DNA of 40,602 bases, taken from IMG/VR virus record IMGVR_UViG_2541047755_000009. One strand, written 5' to 3'. The first letter of the stretch is position 1. Each line of letters starts with the position of its first letter. Of this stretch, positions 35,621-40,602 are shown piece after piece. The notes beneath the pieces were generated by a model. The model had not been told where the DNA came from and searched no databases. It was given only the letters and a program-made list of their open reading frames with translations. The position numbers and the translations under genes were made by a program. This stretch comes from a virus. Taxonomy: Duplodnaviria > Heunggongvirae > Uroviricota > Caudoviricetes.

Positions 35621-35773
35621 ATGCAGTGGAAAATCATCAACGGTTGGTACTGCGTTACTGCATGCGGATTCATGAGCTGGAAGTTCCGCACCTTACAGGA
35701 AGGCATTAAGTGGGCTTTCGTCAGCAAAGAAGCTCGCGATGTGGCAAACGATAACGAGATATGGGAGGGCTGA
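35621..35773 (+). CDS. 50-aa Trp/Cys-containing small protein (hypothetical)
   Basis: not in ORF track; GAGGTAA RBS then ATG; first ORF after the promoter; product MQWKIINGWYCVTACGFMSWKFRTLQEGIKWAFVSKEARDVANDNEIWEG. Confidence 0.4.
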   Translation: MQWKIINGWYCVTACGFMSWKFRTLQEGIKWAFVSKEARDVANDNEIWEG

Positions 35774-35775
35774 TA

Positions 35776-36075
35776 ATGAACGTTAATCAGCAGAAAAATC
35801 TTCAAAAAATCATGCTGGCATTCGACAAGGACTACCGCCTGTCAGAACAGCTATATGACCGACAAGTTGAACTGATTGAGAGTATCCGGCTTCATCAACT
35901 GACCTCAACTTTCGACGTTGTAACAGGCAAAGGCGTTCGTCAGGAAGTGCTGGAGGCTGCTAAAGACAGCCCTGAGTTCGAAGAACTGATGGATGCCTAC
36001 CGGCGCGAGGCAATGGCAATTATCGCCCGCTGGGATCTGGCGGATCAGCTTGATGGACAGAGGGACGCGGCATGA
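35776..36075 (+). CDS. hypothetical early protein (about 100 aa)
   Basis: ATG at 35776 with GGGAGGG RBS; overlaps the next gene start. Confidence 0.5.
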   Translation: MNVNQQKNLQKIMLAFDKDYRLSEQLYDRQVELIESIRLHQLTSTFDVVTGKGVRQEVLEAAKDSPEFEELMDAYRREAMAIIARWDLADQLDGQRDAA

Positions 36076-36893
36076 ATCCGGGAATTTATTTCGATATCAG
36101 CAACGAAGACTACCACGCCGGTGACGGCGTGAGTAAGTCGCAACTGGACATGGTTGCCAAGAATCCGGCGCTTCTTAAATGGGTTCAGGCAGCACCAGAA
36201 GACGAAGAGAAAAAGTCTGCACTGGATATGGGAACCGCATTGCACTGTCTGCTTCTGGAGCCTGGAGAGTTCGACAAACGCTTCATTGTTTCACCGAAAT
36301 TCGATCGTCGGACGAAACAAGGTAAAGCTGACGAAGAGGCATTTCTTCGTGATGTGGCGGATATGGGGATTACGGTACTTGATGCCGAGCAGTGGCGGAA
36401 ACTGGAGTTGATGCGTGATAGCGCAATGGCTCATCCGGCGGCACGCTGGATGCTGGAAGCACCTGGTTACTGCGAAGCATCAATGTACTGGAACGATGAA
36501 GAGACGGGTGAGTTGTGCCGAATTCGTCCAGACAAATGGCTAAACGAGCACAACGTGATCGTCGACGTGAAAAAGGTTGCAGATATGGACCGTTTTGCAC
36601 GCCACATCGAGGAATTCCGCTACCACGTGCAGGACGCAATGTACCGCGAAGGCGCAATGAGGGTTACTGGTCAGCCACATGGTTTTTTCTTTCTTGCCGT
36701 GAGCGAAAGCATTGATTGTGGTCGGTATCCGGTACGCGTGTTCGGGCTGGATGCGCCAGATGTCGATGCCGGGCACGCTCTGTTCCGCCGGGATCTGAAT
36801 ACCTATCACGAATGCCGCATCAACGATGAATGGGGCGGCGTGGAAATTATTAAACGCCCTGAGTGGGCACGCAAACAGGATATGTACGTATGA
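36072..36893 (+). CDS. exonuclease partner of the annealase (PD-(D/E)XK-type, tentative)
   Basis: 273 aa immediately upstream of and overlapping the Bet/RecT-like gene; the canonical position of the recombination exonuclease. Confidence 0.5.
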   Translation: MNPGIYFDISNEDYHAGDGVSKSQLDMVAKNPALLKWVQAAPEDEEKKSALDMGTALHCLLLEPGEFDKRFIVSPKFDRRTKQGKADEEAFLRDVADMGITVLDAEQWRKLELMRDSAMAHPAARWMLEAPGYCEASMYWNDEETGELCRIRPDKWLNEHNVIVDVKKVADMDRFARHIEEFRYHVQDAMYREGAMRVTGQPHGFFFLAVSESIDCGRYPVRVFGLDAPDVDAGHALFRRDLNTYHECRINDEWGGVEIIKRPEWARKQDMYV

Positions 36894-37807
36894 GCAACGA
36901 AATTGCAATCACCAATGATGTGTTGGCTATTCGGGGAATCGATGAAGTTACATGGAGCGCTCTGAAAAACAGTATTTACCCTGGGGCAAAAGATGAATCG
37001 GTAATGATGGCAGTCGATTACTGCCGGGCGCGTCAACTCGATCCTCTTCTTAAGCCGGTACACCTGGTACCAATGAGTGTTAAAGACTCGAAGAGTGGAA
37101 AGAATGAATGGCGCGACGTGGTCATGCCTGGCATTGGACTTTATCGCATTCAGGCCTACCGTTCCGGCGATTACGCAGGCGCTAATGAACCTGAGTTCGG
37201 TCCAGATGTAACACAAACGCTTTCAGGCGTGGAGGTTACCTTCCCTCAGTGGTGTAAGTACACCGTCAGCAAGCGAATGGCAAGCGGGGAAATCGTAGAG
37301 TTTAGCGCCAAAGAATACTGGATTGAGAACTATGCAACTGGGGGGCGTGACACATCGGCACCAAATGCCATGTGGAAAAAGCGCCCTTATGCGCAGTTGG
37401 CAAAATGCGCAGAGGCACAGGCATTACGTAAAGCATGGCCGGAGATTGGTCAACAAGCCACAGCTGAGGAAATGGAAGGTAAATATATCGACTCACCTGA
37501 CATTATTGAACGTGACGTAACTCCAAGAAGTCAGGCAAAGCACGGCACAGCATCCAGCATGAACAGTCTGATCAACGCTAAAACAGTGAAAAAGCCTGAT
37601 GAGCAAACGCGTAAAGCGGATAGCCGTGATCCAGAAGAAATGCTGATGGCCTTTACCAGCGCAGCGATGAATTACAGCACTGTCTCCGAACTGGATAAGG
37701 CTTACAAATACATTGCACAAAAACTTTCAGATGATGACGAACTGCTGGCAAAAGCCACCGACGTTTACAGCGTTCGTCGGGAAGAATTAAACGAAACATC
37801 TATGTAA
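36890..37807 (+). CDS. single-strand annealing protein (Bet/RecT family)
   Basis: ATG at 36890 overlapping upstream stop; N-terminal region patterned like lambda Bet; acidic C-terminal tail. Confidence 0.65.
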   Translation: MSNEIAITNDVLAIRGIDEVTWSALKNSIYPGAKDESVMMAVDYCRARQLDPLLKPVHLVPMSVKDSKSGKNEWRDVVMPGIGLYRIQAYRSGDYAGANEPEFGPDVTQTLSGVEVTFPQWCKYTVSKRMASGEIVEFSAKEYWIENYATGGRDTSAPNAMWKKRPYAQLAKCAEAQALRKAWPEIGQQATAEEMEGKYIDSPDIIERDVTPRSQAKHGTASSMNSLINAKTVKKPDEQTRKADSRDPEEMLMAFTSAAMNYSTVSELDKAYKYIAQKLSDDDELLAKATDVYSVRREELNETSM

Positions 37808-37856
37808 CCACCACCGCGGCGCCACGCGCGCCGCACTGCAACCAAGAGAGGTATTT

Positions 37857-38105
37857 ATGAAAGGTGCATTAGGTAAGAAGGAACTCCTGGCGGTGGTGCC
37901 ACTGTCATGGAGCACTATCGACCGTATGGAGCGCGCAGGGGAATTTCCTAAACGCTGGTATATCACCGATAAACGCTGCGCATGGAACCGTGATGAAGTT
38001 GAGCGTTGGCTTGATGAACGTCAGGCAGCAAGCCCGGCAGAGTTCCAGGGTAAAAAGCCTCCTGTTCAGCAACGTGTATATCGTCCCGTGAGCAACGCTG
38101 CATGA
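37857..38105 (+). CDS. AlpA-family HTH protein (excisionase/regulator candidate)
   Basis: 82 aa; resembles the AlpA-type prophage regulator motif; located near the integrase. Confidence 0.55.
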   Translation: MKGALGKKELLAVVPLSWSTIDRMERAGEFPKRWYITDKRCAWNRDEVERWLDERQAASPAEFQGKKPPVQQRVYRPVSNAA

Positions 38106-38214
38106 GTGCGCTGCTAAGGCACTGGAGCAAATGGTCAGGATGGTACTTATTCCTGGCCTCTGTTTCAGCATGGCTTTATCTGCTGGCATTAATTTTCAGA
38201 GAGGGTTGGATTAA

Positions 38215-38514
38215 GTGAGAAAGTTAAGCCGACTTGAAAAATATCACATGAATAAGGTTTCAATGCGCAGTCCGTCAAAGATTGTCGCCGTTACTCCTGC
38301 GGCGATAGAGATCGAAAAACGCGCGATTGAAAGAGAGAAAAAAGGGCAATTCCGCATTGCCGCTCACCTTTGGCTTCAGTGTATGGATGTTGCTTCTGGT
38401 GATGTTGAACGTGCAAGGATCGCGGTTCGCAGGGACCAATGTATCACAAAAGGTAACGGCCTTCGCCGTGGCGACTATAGCGGCATAGGATGTTGTGGGG
38501 TGGTTTATGACTAA
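38215..38514 (+). CDS. small regulatory-like protein (PerC-like, tentative)
   Basis: 99 aa; start uncertain (GTG 38215 or ATG 38248); family call from memory only. Confidence 0.35.
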   Translation: MRKLSRLEKYHMNKVSMRSPSKIVAVTPAAIEIEKRAIEREKKGQFRIAAHLWLQCMDVASGDVERARIAVRRDQCITKGNGLRRGDYSGIGCCGVVYD

Positions 38515-39157
38515 GAAATACACACTAATCTATGCAGATCCACCCTGGGTATACCGGGACAAAGCCGCAGATGGTAATCGCGGTGCCGGTTTTAAATATC
38601 CGGTTATGAGTGTGCTGGATATCTGCCGCCTTCCTGTATGGGATTTGGCCGATGAAAACTGTCTGTTGGCCATGTGGTGGGTGCCAACACAACCACTCGA
38701 AGCACTAAAAGTTGTTGAAGCCTGGGGATTCCGTCTGATGACGATGAAGGGCTTCACGTGGATAAAATGTGGTAGTCGACAACCAGATAAACTGGTTATG
38801 GGTATGGGACACATGACTCGCGCCAATAGTGAAGATTGCCTGTTTGCGGTAAAGGGAAAACTACCTCCGCGCATTAATGCAGGGATCGTTCAGTCATTTA
38901 CCGCACCGCGGCTTGAGCACTCAAGAAAACCAGATGTCGTTCGTGAAAAACTTGTGCAATTGTTAGGCGATGTTTCTCGCATTGAACTGTTCGCCCGCCA
39001 GTCGTCTCATGGCTTCGATGTTTGGGGTAATCAGTGTGAAGACCCGGCAGTGCAACTACACCCTGGATACGCGTTGGATATTGCCAGATTAACAAATGCA
39101 TTCAGCAATGCTCCGCTGTCACCAACAGACAACCAGGGGCGGGAGCGTGCAGCATGA
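38507..39157 (+). CDS. DNA N6-adenine methyltransferase, MT-A70 family (orphan, no cognate restriction gene seen)
   Basis: catalytic DPPW motif in TLIYADPPWVY; ATG 38507 with GGGGTGG RBS. Confidence 0.8.
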   Translation: MTKKYTLIYADPPWVYRDKAADGNRGAGFKYPVMSVLDICRLPVWDLADENCLLAMWWVPTQPLEALKVVEAWGFRLMTMKGFTWIKCGSRQPDKLVMGMGHMTRANSEDCLFAVKGKLPPRINAGIVQSFTAPRLEHSRKPDVVREKLVQLLGDVSRIELFARQSSHGFDVWGNQCEDPAVQLHPGYALDIARLTNAFSNAPLSPTDNQGRERAA

Positions 39158-39348
39158 ACCGGGCATCACCAGCAGATTTAAGGAAATGCCTTGAAACTGC
39201 AAACATGCTTGCACACAGCGGGATCAGGTTTGTTCCAATTCCCGCTGTCACCGATGCTGAATTTGCAATGCTGTCAGCAATATTCGCAGACAAAATTGAA
39301 TCACTGGCAGCAGAAGCCGAGATGGAAGAAAATCAGCAGAACTATTAA
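39154..39348 (+). CDS. small hypothetical protein (64 aa)
   Basis: ATG overlaps the methyltransferase stop (ATGA). Confidence 0.45.
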   Translation: MNRASPADLRKCLETANMLAHSGIRFVPIPAVTDAEFAMLSAIFADKIESLAAEAEMEENQQNY

Positions 39349-39351
39349 ACG

Positions 39352-40602
39352 TTATTCCCCCGCCATCCACTTCTCAAACTTCGACGGGGAGAACGGAATC
39401 AGATCCGTATGCTCCCCGTTAATCCAGGAATCAATCATATCGGCCCACTGCTGCAACATGTAGGCGCGCTGTCTGGCGTATTCCGCTTTGTTATATACGG
39501 CGCGCACACCTTTCTGCTCATGTGCCAGAGCCTTTTCAATCCAGTCTGAAGGATAACCAGCCTCATGCAACAACGTACTGGCTGTACGGCGCATATCGTG
39601 TACGGTGAAGTCCTGAATATGCTCACCATCTTCATTTATTATTTTCACCGTTCTGTCGATCAGAGAGTTCAGCGCGGCATTAGATAATGGCTTCCGGAAA
39701 TTGTAACGACCAGGAACCAGATATTCACTTCCACCAGCGCACATCTGCAACCCGACCAATATATCCTGTGCCTGTTTAGGCAGGTAAATAACGTGCGCCC
39801 GGCTTCCCTTCATGCGGTCTGAAGGAATTGTCCATGTCCATTTTTTAAAATCTATTTCATCCCACGTTGCATTGGTGAATTCGCCTTTACGAACCATAGT
39901 GATAAGCACCAGCTTTAAAGCCATTTTCATAGTGCCCATAGCACCAATGGCATCCAGCGTGCGGAAGAACAGGCCAATTTCTTCTGGTGTCAGTGTTCGC
40001 TCTCGTGGTTTAAATATGGCGATAGACGAAGGTTTAATGTCAGCCGCAGGATTAAACAAACCATGACCACGGTCATTGGCGTGACGGTATACGCTGCTGA
40101 TGATCTCCCTGGCCTGTACTGCTGTTGCCCGACCACCGCGTTCGACAATCCGGTCACACAAATCACGAACCATCGATGTGGTAATTTCAGCCATCATTTT
40201 GTTGCCAAGAACCGGAAGTATGTCACGGTCGATCACCGCCTGCTTCATTGCGCGGGTACTGTCAGCCAAGATGACGTGTTTCATATAACTGTCGGTATGT
40301 ACCGCAAACGTCTCGGCACCACGAATCTTTTTGATACCGTCACGTTTAGCCGCAGCCGGCGACTGGCCTGCTTTAAGCAGCTTCTTTGCAGCAATCAGTT
40401 CTTCTCGCGCTTCTGCCAGGCTGATACCGTCACGCCCATACTGCCCGATTACCAATGTTTCGCGGCGACCGTTGATACGGTAGTCATAGCGAAACGAGAC
40501 CGTGCCTGACGTAAGCACAGCTACATACAGCCCGTCACGATCGGAGACCTTGTACAGTTTGTCCTGCGGCTTGAGGTTTTTTAATTTTGTATCGGTAAGC
40601 AC
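39352..40602 (-). CDS. int: tyrosine integrase (P4/CP4-57-like), 5' end at or just beyond the window edge
   Basis: N-terminal LTDTKLKNLKP..YKVSD motif typical of P4-type integrases; C-terminal catalytic region with the expected Arg...His-x-x-Arg...Tyr arrangement; ORF runs off the right edge. Confidence 0.85.
   Translation of the reverse strand: MLTDTKLKNLKPQDKLYKVSDRDGLYVAVLTSGTVSFRYDYRINGRRETLVIGQYGRDGISLAEAREELIAAKKLLKAGQSPAAAKRDGIKKIRGAETFAVHTDSYMKHVILADSTRAMKQAVIDRDILPVLGNKMMAEITTSMVRDLCDRIVERGGRATAVQAREIISSVYRHANDRGHGLFNPAADIKPSSIAIFKPRERTLTPEEIGLFFRTLDAIGAMGTMKMALKLVLITMVRKGEFTNATWDEIDFKKWTWTIPSDRMKGSRAHVIYLPKQAQDILVGLQMCAGGSEYLVPGRYNFRKPLSNAALNSLIDRTVKIINEDGEHIQDFTVHDMRRTASTLLHEAGYPSDWIEKALAHEQKGVRAVYNKAEYARQRAYMLQQWADMIDSWINGEHTDLIPFSPSKFEKWMAGE

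Noticed and set aside
36072-37807. Exonuclease/annealase pair as a RecE/RecT toxin-like or defense module
   Set aside because: Gene order, overlap and position in the early operon are exactly those of a phage recombination module; nothing suggests a defense role
39352-40602. The GTG at the window edge as the integrase start codon
   Set aside because: It is produced by the window boundary; P4-type integrases normally begin one to three codons upstream, so the gene is treated as 5'-partial

Overview
Almost the whole window is one integrated temperate phage (about 1.9 kb to the right edge) in an enterobacterial, Salmonella/Escherichia-like chromosome. It is preceded by about 1.1 kb of flank (two secreted/lipoprotein genes) and an IS200 copy at the junction. 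Minus strand, right to left: edge-truncated tyrosine integrase; Cro-like regulator, zinc-ribbon protein, lambda O-like initiator with internal ori iterons, lambda P-like helicase loader, nin-like small genes; small and large terminase, portal, scaffold, major capsid, a run of large virion/ejection/tail proteins, an epsilon15-type tailspike; then three membrane-protein genes, a GH19 endolysin and embedded Rz/Rz1 spanins. Plus strand: a dual-HTH repressor with no peptidase domain followed by exonuclease, Bet/RecT-like annealase, AlpA-like and MT-A70 methylase genes; a phage tRNA-Arg(UCU) with a Gp49-like gene between terminase and portal; and an accessory island between tailspike and ejection genes. 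The strongest leads are (i) an AT-rich, translationally coupled two-gene membrane-protein cassette at 8050-9125, (ii) a LexA-boxed antirepressor pair paired with a non-cleavable repressor, (iii) a 17-bp palindrome family ATTACC-N5-GGTAAT at 12 or more promoter-like sites, and (iv) a 12-bp perfect palindrome GTGACATGTCAC present three times at module boundaries. No CRISPR array, rRNA, reverse transcriptase or Cas-like gene was seen. All product calls come from motif recognition by eye, not database searches. Hand-derived coordinates of small features may be off by 1-3 nt; CDS coordinates follow the supplied ORF track where possible.
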